64,000 bases of DNA. Source: Monocercomonoides exilis PA203. Taxonomy: Eukaryota > Protista > Preaxostyla. The notes under the pieces were generated by a model. It was not told the DNA's origin and ran no database searches. It was given only the letters and a program-made list of their open reading frames with translations. A program made the position numbers and the translations under genes. Location: positions 558,001-622,000 of the forward strand of contig LSRY02000007.1 of the NCBI GenBank assembly GCA_001643675.2, written 5' to 3'. Below are positions 1 to 10,777 of this stretch, piece by piece; the stretch's first letter is position 1, and every line of letters starts with the position of its first letter.

Positions 1-435
1 GTGAAATTGGACTAAACGATGTTCACATATGACAAATATATGCTGTATAATGCTCCACCAGCATAATCGCCTGTGATCGAACAATTGTTGAATGAACACG
101 AAGTGATTGTGAGGTTGGCATTTGTACAGTTGACTTTTAGAGCACCTCCATAATCATTTTGTCCATTTGAGTTATTCCATTCACACCATTCAAAGAGATA
201 ACTGTTCAAAGAAGTGAAGGACAATCTGCTTTGTACCTTTTTTTGAGTTTCGGATCCGTTATATTTCACAGGATCATTTTATGAAGAGCATGTTTGATGA
301 AGGAAAGAGGTGTTGAAGGCAGAGAGAGAAGTGGATGGACTGTTGAGGTTGAGGTTGTTGGGATTAATGGATTGAGTGAATGTGAATAACGGGATGGAAG
401 AGAAAAACGAGACGAGAAAGAAATGGAAGAATGAA
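1..435 (-). pseudogene. 5' part of a surface/receptor-family gene (paralog of the 18.9-21.6 kb locus), running off the window's left edge; in-frame TAA
   Basis: ORF 12..269 (FEWCEWN...DYGGAL.V.C..ANLTITSCSF.NCS...GGALYS) is colinear with 20761..21060. Upstream the frame reads SS*NDPVKY where the paralog reads SSPNDAMVH. Confidence 0.6.
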
Positions 436-779
436 TTAGATGCTTTGTATATGCTCACTTTTGTTGAAAGTTCGCAATAGAGCGAATCTATGAACGCAAG
501 GAGCAGGTTTGCTCCTCAATAATGAGCATTGATCACGATTTATGGGCGGTTTCAGATCAAACTTCGCCAACAATTTTATTTCTATTACATACCATTGTCC
601 GCAGTGTAGATGACACAAGATACTGTTATTATAAAACACAGAGACGGAGATGGAAAAGAATTAGATCTATTTTTGAAACTGAAAAGAGTGAAAATTATTA
701 TCGAAGAATTTCCAGGATCTGAACATGTTAGACATCATTCGGAATAGAAGATAGTGCACAGCCGAAAGAATTGAACAGA

Positions 780-2290
780 GAGCCGCGCATTTTGAAGAGA
801 TAATATCAATAACAGAAGCTGCAAAACATAGTGAGATAATTATTTAAATTAGTAAAGCGTTGTGCCACATGACAATTTCAGAAACTGAAATCACGAGAAA
901 TCGTGAGATATTTAAACAAAATGAAGATATGATATTTTATAGACTTTAAAAAAGAAAAAAACTACATAATATTTTGTTTATTTGAAAGGAATAAGAACAG
1001 CATATTGAAGCGAGATATAGTTAAATTAAGGAATCACTTGAAACATCAAGAATCAAAAAAGATAGATCCATTAATTGCAAAGAGATTATTTTTAAGAAAG
1101 AACTAGTTTTCAATTGAAAGATAATTTATTGAAGTGAAGCTGTGCATTCTCAGAAGATTATTCCAAAGAATAAAAATACAAAATAGAGAAAATATTAATG
1201 AAGACAAAATGGGAAAAAGAGCCGCGCTTTGCCGCGAGATATAGATAAATGGAGAATCTACAAAATATCGAAGAAATTTATGAGGGAAAAAGAGCCGCGC
1301 TTTGCCGCGAGATCATGATTTGATTAGAAGAATGAAGACCCGCGTATTGAAGCGAGATAGGGATAAGAAGAGTATCAACGAAAAACTGAATGAAGATTAG
1401 GGAAAAGAGATGCGCAGTACTGCGAGAAATAGATTAATACAGTAACAAGATATACATTTACATATATATATAACAATTATTTATGCGAAAATCGATACAC
1501 ACGTTGCAGCGAGATATTAATAGAGGGATAATTTTATTACAAAAAATATATATATAATTGAAATGAAGCTGCGCATATTCAAGAGATTGTAACAAAGAAC
1601 AAAGCAACGTTAAGTTTTGTGATCATGAGAATGGAGATAGAAAATAGAGCCGCGCTCTGCCACCAGACCAAGAGATGAAAGAGAGAAACCGCGTTTTATC
1701 GCGAGATCATGTGAGGAGATAGAGCAGAGAACCGCGCTTCGCAGCGAGATGATAATAGAGATAGAAAGCGCAGTAAATCGATAGGCTTTGCAAAGGAGAT
1801 ATTGACAAGCTGTATTACGAAACAATATCAAAACAAAAGAAGTGAAATATCATTAATTTATAATAAGAAATGAAACGATTCATTATTAAAGAAATTTTCA
1901 CATAAGTGAAACCGCGAAATATAACGGGACTGAGAGATATAAGAGAGCCGTGTATTGTCGCGAGATTATTATTGAGTGACAAATTGCTTTTGATCGAAAG
2001 GGTTTGAGGGAAGAGAAAGCTGAGTTTGCTGTGAAAAAAGGTTAGAGAAAGAAATTGAGAGAAATTACGAATCGATAATAGGATAAGAAACAGTGCAGTT
2101 TCGAAAGATAGGTGCAGATACAGTACCCGCGAAACTTTTCGAAAAATTGAAGAGGTGTAATCCGCGAAGAATCGCGAGGAGAATATAGAGCATGAGACCG
2201 CGGAAGACCGCGAGAGGCGGATACAGAAAGAAGCCGCATAGTGCGGCGGAAATCTATCAAAGAAGACTCCGCATATCTCAGCTTAAATGC
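780..2290 (+). repeat. Degenerate tandem array with ~36-bp period; core consensus (G/A)AGCCGCG-N6-CGCGAGAT
   Basis: Core starts at 780, 816, 852, 888; 1065, 1101, 1137; 1219, 1292, 1337, 1407, 1494, 1566, 1647, 1686, 1729; 1909, 1945, 1981, 2017; 2088, 2124, 2159, 2195, 2231. Identical GAGCCGCGCTTTGCCGCGAGAT at 1219 and 1292. Confidence 0.8.
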
Positions 2291-2689
2291 TGATAGACGC
2301 ACTCAGCCGGACTTAGAAGAAGCGGGACTATGCACTGAGAGTGTAAAAAGTCGCAGAGATATTTCAAACAATCGCACCGAGAAGACTTGATACAATTTCA
2401 GAACCGATTGCTCCGGTGCACTGCGGATGTACTTGGAGACTATCCTCTCTGAAAAGGAAGAGAAAGAAAGAATTGTTTAAAAACGAGATTGTGCTGGTCC
2501 GTTATTGAGAAACATCGGATTGATCTCTAAAGAGGTGAGAAATGATGACTTGAAGTTACCCCCATGAGATGTCATTAGTGTTAGACTGGAGAGGAGAATG
2601 TCGAAGAAGGGACCTTTTTCAAACATGGGGAGAAGACGTTGGAGTGAAGGATATATCAGCAGCAATATTGACTAATCAAAAGAACGAAA

Positions 2690-3480
2690 CGGATACGTGG
2701 AGATCGCTGAGAAAATTTAAACAATTTTTGGATAGAAAAAGAATAGATGAAACAGACCCCTCATAGAGAAAGATGCCAAGTGAATTATAGCAAGATTTAT
2801 TGAGAACCTATCGAATGCTAATCTTTCAAGTGGAGCGATTCGTCTGACGATTGATGTGAAAGATACAGATATATTTTTAAAAACTTATGTGAGAGAGAAG
2901 CCGAGTTAGGGCAAATGATGAAAACCAATGTGGGATTTTGCAATTATAACAAAATGGGAAGAAGCCACAAAGAATTATATAGACCCACAAATACTCCAGA
3001 GGAGAGCCCTCATCCTTTTAATGATTTTTGGAGCATTTAGACCAGCGGAGCTGGAGAGAATGTGGATGGAATGTTCTACACTTTGAAATAATACAGAACT
3101 GACACAGGTTCAAACCAAGTCGTCAGGAGGGGAGACTATAAAATTCGTTATTAATAACTATTTTTGCCCACGTATCAATGTTGTTTGAGCACTCCAACGA
3201 TGTATTAATTAGTCAAAAACGAATTTTAGAGATGAACTCGCGTTAGATGATGTAAGAGAGAAGCAATCTACAATTTTGCAAAGAATGGAAGAAGAGTTTG
3301 TGGCTATGATGAGAGAGAACGAATACCAGACATATCTTCTGCGTTCTCGATCAGATATGCAGTGATATCGCACTTAGCAAAACGAGAGAGAGTATATAAG
3401 AAAGCAATCAATGCGTGCGCGAGATGTGCTCCAGGTTCAAGATTTGCCCAGGAATGCTTTTCAGTTTTCCGGTTTAAAAT
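2690..3480 (+). pseudogene. Tyrosine recombinase (phage-integrase fold) pseudogene
   Basis: Catalytic R motif (FRPAEL), K (QTK), xSIR motif and a degenerate W/Y region occur in the expected order, interrupted by stops and frameshifts. Confidence 0.7.
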
Positions 3481-4530
3481 ACAAAATAAATCCTGGAGGC
3501 AACCGGCAGCCCAGGACCCCTTTGCGGAGAAGTGGAAAAGTCGGAGAAGGACAGAGAAAGGAAGGTAATGAAAACCGAGAAAGTAAAATTAGAGATGAAA
3601 GATTTCACCAAAAATACTTCGGAAGTTGGAGGAGATGAAGATTTGAGTAAAGGAAAGAAGTAAAAGAGACTCGACTTACCGAGTTGAGAAGAGAGAAAGT
3701 TAAGAGAAAGAACTCAATCACAACACAACTTATCCCGACCACCCTAGTGTCGGAGAACACCCCTCATAATTCCCAGCAGCGTTAGCGAGCTGACTGGAAG
3801 CAAACACACTGCCTCACAGAGAAAGAAGGGCACAGACCGGAGGAAGCGTGGTATGAGAAGAAAAGGACGGATGATAAAGAACTCAAAAGAATCGAATTCC
3901 CGGTCGAGAATGTTTCAGAAAGCACCCAAAAAAAAGATGGAGTAGAGACTGTGCCCGCACCTTCATCCGCAGGCTCTCTGAACATCTGCCGCACAATATC
4001 GTGATAGCCAAGAAGGTTTAAGATCACTATGGCAGAAATAGAGAGGGTTTTCAAGACTCATTATTAAGGAGCAAACCTGCACATTGCGTTCGTAGATTCG
4101 CTCTATTGCGAATTGATAGAACGCAGTGAGACAGGTTTGCTCCGAGATAATACGAATGCGGATGGAGAGACGATAGGCGGCTGGGTGCGAAAATGAGAAA
4201 CATATTGGAAGGAAGATGACGAGAAAAAGGGCGAGATATCAGAGGAGAGACGAAAAGAGTAACAGCCCAGAAAGATTTAGCGCTCCTATAACCTGTATTG
4301 AGAAACATGGAATGAATAAAAAGTTTTAAGAATAATCCTATTCCTTTAATTGTTACCGAACAAGTTGCGAAGAGAAGAGTCAGACTAGCCCACACAGTGT
4401 GTGATGATTGGGGTTGCTCTGCTGATGCAGCAGAAGAGCGGGAGGCAGAGCGCATCACATGCAGTTTTCTTTTCCACGCCTCGCGAAAGCGAATGTGGTT
4501 TTTCTTTCTGCTCCGAACAGAACACTCGCC

Positions 4531-5354
4531 TCACCGGATCCCTGCACGGTCTGCAGGAGAGAGCTCCGAGGGGCGGTGTCCCCTGCCCTCTGGTCTTCGT
4601 GACCAAGGCAAAAAGGCGAAGTCGGCGGTGAAGTGAAGCGGACAATTCATAGTACACTTTTTATTATTTAACATGTTATTGTCTATATTTTCATCTCGCC
4701 CTTTTTTCCACGTCATATTTGGGAGGGCGAAGTTCTCACTTAAACCGCCCATAAATCGTGAACAATACTCATTTTCTCGGAGCAAACCTGTCTCACTGAG
4801 TTCTATCAAAATATCATTTTCAAATGCAATTTTTGCAACCAAGCGCTGTGTGCCTGTTGAAAGATAAAATGAATCTTTATCTTTTTTTGAGGAATAGCAT
4901 TTGGTTTGTCCTTCATAAGAAGAGAAAAGCTGCATCTTTTTGGTACACCAAATTCATCAAGGATTGGCGCAATAAAGCTTTTTTTCCATGGTTTTGATGC
5001 CAATATGTCGTAAATTAGATTCGGTTAATCAAACGCTCTTTTTTTTTCCATTTTAATAATGCTCTCATTATCTTTTTCTGCTTCCTTTTCATTGAGTGAA
5101 GGAAAAAATTCCTTTTCTGGAAAAGAAGGAAAATGATTTGCGCAGCTGGAATTCATGCTCATTTTTGCAATTATTTTAAAAAATTGAGCTTTATCAGTAT
5201 CACTTAATGATGTTGCGAACAATTCTAACTCATCGGACTGTGGAAAACCTTTCAAACAATTGGAAAATAATTCTTTGCACTTAGTCTTTAAAACTTCATC
5301 CAATTTAACAATCAACTTTTGTGAAATATCTGAAAATGTTTCGATTGAATCCAT
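4531..5354 (-). pseudogene. Decayed hypothetical gene of a repeated family (GLLxxNExCSRFMGG motif)
   Basis: ORFs 5025..5354 and 4806..5003 share a frame across one TAA; a frameshift leads to 4531..4935. Segment 4726-4790 matches 504-568 in inverted orientation (54/65). Confidence 0.45.
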
Positions 5355-5402
5355 ATTAAAAATTTTTACTCTTTAAAATTTGCGACTCTCCAATTCAAAT
5401 AG

Positions 5403-6907
5403 GGCATATGGTACTTGTACGCCACCTTGCCAAATTAAAGATAAACTTTAGATCATATGTTTAAAGCACATTTGAAAAGATTATTCAATCGTTAATTAGT
5501 GGAAAAATCAGATTATACATAGAAAAAAATTTTGATCAACCCATAAAAAATTCAAAATATTTGTGCACAAAATTATCGGTTTATTTATTGATGAGTATAT
5601 ATATAATTCCAATACATTATCGAATGACAAATATTTAATCATTTGATGGAGGAAAAACATAATTTATTGAAGATTTTTAGCGATAATGGAGAAACCATGC
5701 AATGGCTTCACGACAATGTGATTAACACTGTCAGAAGATGCCCAATAGCAACATGTCGTTCATTAATGATTTTGATTAGAAGAAGCGAAGGAAAATGGTT
5801 CTTCAGATGCCGCAAATGCAGAAAAGAAGTCTCTTATAGAACAGGAACTTCGTTTTCAAAATCAAGGCTTTCAATTTCAAATCTTATACTGATCCTTTAC
5901 TTCTTTTACCATCATCTCAATATAAAACAAACATCATCACTAACTTCATGCGAAAGACACAGTGTTTCTTATTATTATTGCATTTACCGGAGAACATGCG
6001 CTCGGATGATAGGAGGAACCCAAACTCCCATAGGAGGTCCTGTCTGCATTGTGGAAATTGACGAAGCTGTTTGGAGAAGGCGAAAATACAAGAGAGGTTT
6101 TAATTCTTTATCTTTTGAAACTCAATTATCAATTGAACTTTTTTTTATTAGGACGTGCTAAGAAGCAAATTTGGATTTTCGGTGCTCAGGAACGTGGAGG
6201 AAAAGCATTTGTTTACCCAGTGGCAAACAGATCTGCTTCAGAATTAATTCCGTTAATAAAAAAATATATTCGTCCCGGAACAGAAATTCACTCTGATCAA
6301 TGGAAAGCATATTCTTCTTTGAGTGAGAATGGATTCACACACAAGACCGTCAATCATTCCGAGCATTTCGTAGGTTTTTATTTTCTCTTTTTATTGTCTT
6401 TTTTTCATGAAATGTTATTCCTCACTTATTCAGATCCAATTACCGGTGCTTGCACAAATCATATTGAAGCATTGTGGACTGCGCTTCGTAAGTTCATGCC
6501 TTCACATGGAGTGAGAATTAATAGAATGCAAGAATTTATCTATTCATTTTTGTTTTTCAGAAATCGATATGTAGATTTTTCCATTTTTGTGTTGAATGTG
6601 ATGAAATACAGTAATGAAGAATACAAAGCTCTTGAGGATGAAGATTTTGGTCCAAAAGAAGAGGAAGAAGAGGCTGGAGCTGAAATGCTACACGAAGAAG
6701 AATCTTCAGAATCAGATAATGAACTTGAAACAGATACATCATCAGATGGGGCTGGGGATGGAGCTGATGCCTCTGAATGGGAGGCTGATAAATAAATACC
6801 GATTTTTCCACACATCATTCTTCTAAAAATAAAAAAACAACATGCTCTCTTTGATTATTTCTTTGTTTAATGAAGATTTGTGAGATGGCTTATAAGTACC
6901 ATTTGCC
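5403..6907 (+). mobile_element. Complete Merlin (IS1016/IS1595-like) DNA transposon, 1505 bp
   Basis: TIRs GGCATATGGTACTTGTACGCCACCT (5403-5427) and AGATGGCTTATAAGTACCATTTGCC (6883-6907) match 21/25. Perfect 8-bp TSD TCAAATAG at 5395-5402 and 6908-6915. Confidence 0.95.
5646..6795 (+). CDS. Merlin/ISXO2-type DDE transposase, 344 aa; exons 5646-6096, 6152-6373, 6434-6795
   Basis: Splicing GT-AG introns of 55 and 60 nt restores KYKRGR and HFVDPITG.TN.IE. Zn ribbon CPIATC...CRKC, catalytic VEIDE, HSDQW and NHIE are present, with an acidic tail. Confidence 0.92.
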
Positions 6908-9235
6908 TCAAATAGAATTGAAAATGTAATCACAATTATAAATTATATATTTTTTTTTTCTTGCAAAAAATAGCAGCCATTTTTGCATTCACATTGAAAG
7001 TTCACATGTTTGGACAGAAGAAATAGATGAAAAATAAAAACTCACAAAAAATGAAAGAAATATATATTCATTCAAGCCATTTTATCTTTCGATAACATCT
7101 ACAATTGCTATTTCAGAGTTAAAGAACGCTTTGTTTTTTCTGTTTGCTGTTATGGATGTTTTGATCAATTAGGATATTTTGATTTAAAATATCAATTTGC
7201 AAGTTGAGAAATTTGCGAGAAAACATATTCTGAAGAACCGAAAATATTTTTTTCCTGTAGAGACAGCGGACAATGATGGAAATGCATCTATTTTGAAATC
7301 AAATCTGATTATTATGGAGATTGAATGACCAATGAAATACAACAATATTATTATTAACACAAAAGACATTGCGTTTGCAATTTATATTGTTCTATATGTT
7401 GTGAAGATATTTCCATCTGTAACCTTTCCAAAATCCAGGAATCTTTCTTGTTGTTTAAATGGCCAATCTCCTCTTTTCAGAGTCATACGATGAGAATGAA
7501 GCTGATGATTGTATAGCAATTGGGAAATAAAGGAATATATGAAAGTTTCGTGCTCATTTGTTTGATTTGGAACAAAAGGTGAAAACAAATTCAACTTATT
7601 TATATTATTTGATTAGATAAAAGAGGAAGGAGTTCAATGAAAAATAAAACCTGCACAAAATTATGAAGTATTTTAGTATGCAAGACAGTGGAGCTGTTTG
7701 AGAGGTTTTTAGGCAAAGAACGTGGTTGGCCATTCCAAGTGAAGGATATTAATCACATAATCCATCAAGAAAAGAATGGAAAATGAGTTCTTCGATATAA
7801 CTGAGAAAATAATCAATAGAATTTGACGATTGGAGAAAGGACTAATGTTTTGTGGAATAATTGTTGAACAATCAAGGAGATAATCCATTTCTTTTTAGAT
7901 CTGAATGTGAATAATACCAGTTCGTTCTTCCTCAATGAAGCATTTGATTAGATTCTCAAATAATTTACACATGATGTTAAATAATATTGTTTTCTTATTT
8001 CTTGGAGGGAGGGTGGAAGGTTGGTATGTTCAACACGGATGAGTTACAGCATCATCCTTTCATGTTCATATTTTAATCTTCATCGAGATTTATGGAACAT
8101 AAATTACACACATCCTTGTTTTTCTTTTTCAAATAGTGAAACATTCAAATTGAGAATATTTCGATGATCAGCTAGACTTCTTATTCAGCTGCAAGCGCTT
8201 TGTGCTGTAGTCGTTGCTATTTGTTCTCTCCTTCGATTTCCTCTTAACAAGTGCAAAGTGAACAAGAGACTTATTCAAAAAGAAGCAATCAATATAAAAT
8301 GCTTTAGGATGGAGCTGATGCATTATGAAGCAGATAATTTCTGATTTGAATTGACTGGTTGTTTCATTTCTGTTTCCCTGTTTTTATCGATGCAAATTCT
8401 TTGGTAGCCTTCTGAATGAGCACTTTTTCGCACTCATGCAACATTTTGATTATACTAAAACATGCGTCTCATTTGCATTTCTAATCGATGCCTTCAAATC
8501 AATCAACATGCTTTTCGCAGTTAACTCTTCAATTCTTTTTATCAGACAAAAGCACGGAAAGGAAAACATTGATTGACTTCTGGTTGAACTTTCATTTTTT
8601 TCTTTTTGAATCTTATATTTTGAATCATATCCTGGCTTTTTAATTGATAATTGCTGATTTCAAAAAGAGATGATCATTTGCCTTTTTTCCCCTGTTATTA
8701 TAAACACTTATAACAAAAAATTATTATTAATGTGTTTTTTTGAAAAGAATAATAATTATTAAAAATAAATATATAAAATAAAATAAAAATGAAAGCCAAT
8801 TTGTGTAATTAGAAATTGTGAACCACGTCATTTTTAATCAAAACAAGAAAGTAAGAGAATAACTTTCTTTGTATTAAAAGAGCTGGTAAAATAGAAAATT
8901 TCTTAAAAGTGCTAAAAACAATAAATAACTCAAACATAAACGAAAAGATAACAAAAAGTTAACAAAGTGAAATGAATAATGAAGTGAAAATAACATTTTG
9001 ATAAAATTTCTAAAAGTTATCAAATGGTTGCAAAAATTTGCATGAAATTAATCAACAATACAGCTACTCTATCATTTAAGATATTGAGACTATCAGTAAT
9101 TAGAATTTGTCAAGCAACAATCTTATTACGTTTAAGAAATTATTGTTAATTTATTCATAGAAAATTAACTTTAAGAAAGATCTAGAAAATTGAAGATTAA
9201 TTTGAACAAACTTTATTTAAAAGAAACCACAGCTT

Positions 9236-10127
9236 TTATTGTCCCTCAACCATCATTTCCTGCATTGGAATAAGCTGCCCTGATTGCATTTGCTCAAGTT
9301 GCATCGCAATCTCTTCTTCATTATATCCAAGCTCTGCGTCCATCATTGCTTGCACCTCTTCCATCTGCTGATCTCTTTCTTTCATTTGTCTCAAGACACT
9401 TGGATGCTTTAACATTAAAGTGCGATATTCATCAAAATTAATTCTTCCATCGCAATTCTCATCAGCTTCACGAAACATTGCACCCACAGACTGCTTAACT
9501 TCTTCCTAAAATTATGATACAAAAATTTTGTTTTTTGAAGTCAAATCATTATCTTTAGTTATAAATACCTCACTCATATTCTCGTCAGCTAAAGATGCAA
9601 TTAATATACGGCAAAGCTCATCCTCATCAATCGTTCCATCTCCATCAAAGTCATAGATTTTAAAAGAAACTACCAAACAAACACAACAATTGAATGAACA
9701 AAAAAATATTCCGCACACATCGAAGTTTCTCGTCAATTGTTCCTCTGTTTGAAAATGTACTCAATCCAAGAAGAAATTCACCAAAGTCCAAATATCCATC
9801 GCGATTTCGATCAAAAACCAGGAATATCCTATCTGCAAAAAGCCCAGGCTAATTTTGCGAAACATTATAAAATTATCAAATGAGATAAAAAAGACGCACT
9901 TGCAAGCTTAAAATCTGTTGGAAAATTTCTTTGGTAATTGTTCTCCCATCTGGAGATACTGTTAAAAACACTTCGTTTAAATGTTTCGCCTCGGCCTGAG
10001 AAACTTAATCATTTGGAAAAAGAATAAAGAAGAAAAGAAAGTTGCATATCGTACAATGTGTGTGCTTGATGTATTCTTTAAAGTTAGCGATATCTCCAGA
10101 TGCCGTATCAGAAGGAGCTGGCCCCAT
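9236..10127 (-). CDS. Calcineurin B-like / NCS-type EF-hand calcium sensor, 5 exons
   Basis: Spliced product: MGPAPS...HTHFSQAEAKHL...PGLFADRIFLVFDRNRDGYLDFGEFLLGLS...DEKLRFSFKIYDFDGDGTIDEDEL...READENCDGRINFDEY. Three canonical EF loops; MGxxxS N-terminus. Confidence 0.9.
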
Positions 10128-10777
10128 CCAATAATCTTAACTCTTTGATCGTGATGAACCATTGTAAAAAAAATCAGAATTAACAATTTCAAAAACAATC
10201 AACCTTTAAAATTTAAAGATAAGTGTTTTATTGCACATAACATAAAAGTTGAAATGAATCAAAATAAGAGTTTTAGTGAAGGTTTTTACAGAAAATTATT
10301 GTTGATGAAATTTTCGATTCTTTTATTTTTTATTTGTTTTTTTTTTAAAAAAAAAATAGTTCTTTATTTTTGCAACAGAAAACTATTATTGATCTATCTT
10401 TTTTTTATTATTAAAGAATGAACTCATTGGTTTATTATTGATTTTCTTTGAAGTGTTTATGTTAGGATATTTTAAAAGTTTTCATTATAATTATTATTTA
10501 TATATTTATTTATCAATTTATTTTCTAAATTCTTCAGTCCCATTGCGCAGTAGTCTATATTCTTCGTTTTCATTTGAATTCGAAAAAAAAATTATTCTGT
10601 TTAACTTTTTATTTTCATCATCCGAAACTGAGACAAATCAATTAATTCAAAAATATAATTTCACAATTTACCAAAAAATTGCTTTGAAAGAATAATGTTG
10701 TTGGTAGATATAAATTTTCTTGAATAATTAAAAAATTTCACAAAAAATTGATTCCCACAATACACAAAATTTCAACA

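Larger units (their letters stand above)
471..4112 (+). mobile_element. Degenerate DIRS-like tyrosine-recombinase retrotransposon remnant (boundaries approximate)
   Basis: Broken frames give an RNase H-end-like motif HISA*MLIDALSR..DY (~2272-2335), LKLPP (~2550), then tyrosine recombinase motifs LMIFGAFRPAELER (~3018-3059), VQTK...CPRINVV*AL, SAFSIRYAVISHLAK (~3337-3382) and INACARCAPGS. Bracketed by a 56-bp inverted repeat (471-526 / 4057-4112). No RT core recognised. Confidence 0.6.

Noticed and set aside
780-2290. CRISPR array interpretation of the periodic repeats
   Set aside because: Repeats are highly degenerate, linkers are only ~14 nt, there are no cas genes and the context is eukaryotic.
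5643-6795. Programmed frameshift between the two overlapping transposase ORFs
   Set aside because: A canonical 55-nt GT-AG intron explains the shift and restores KYKRGR.
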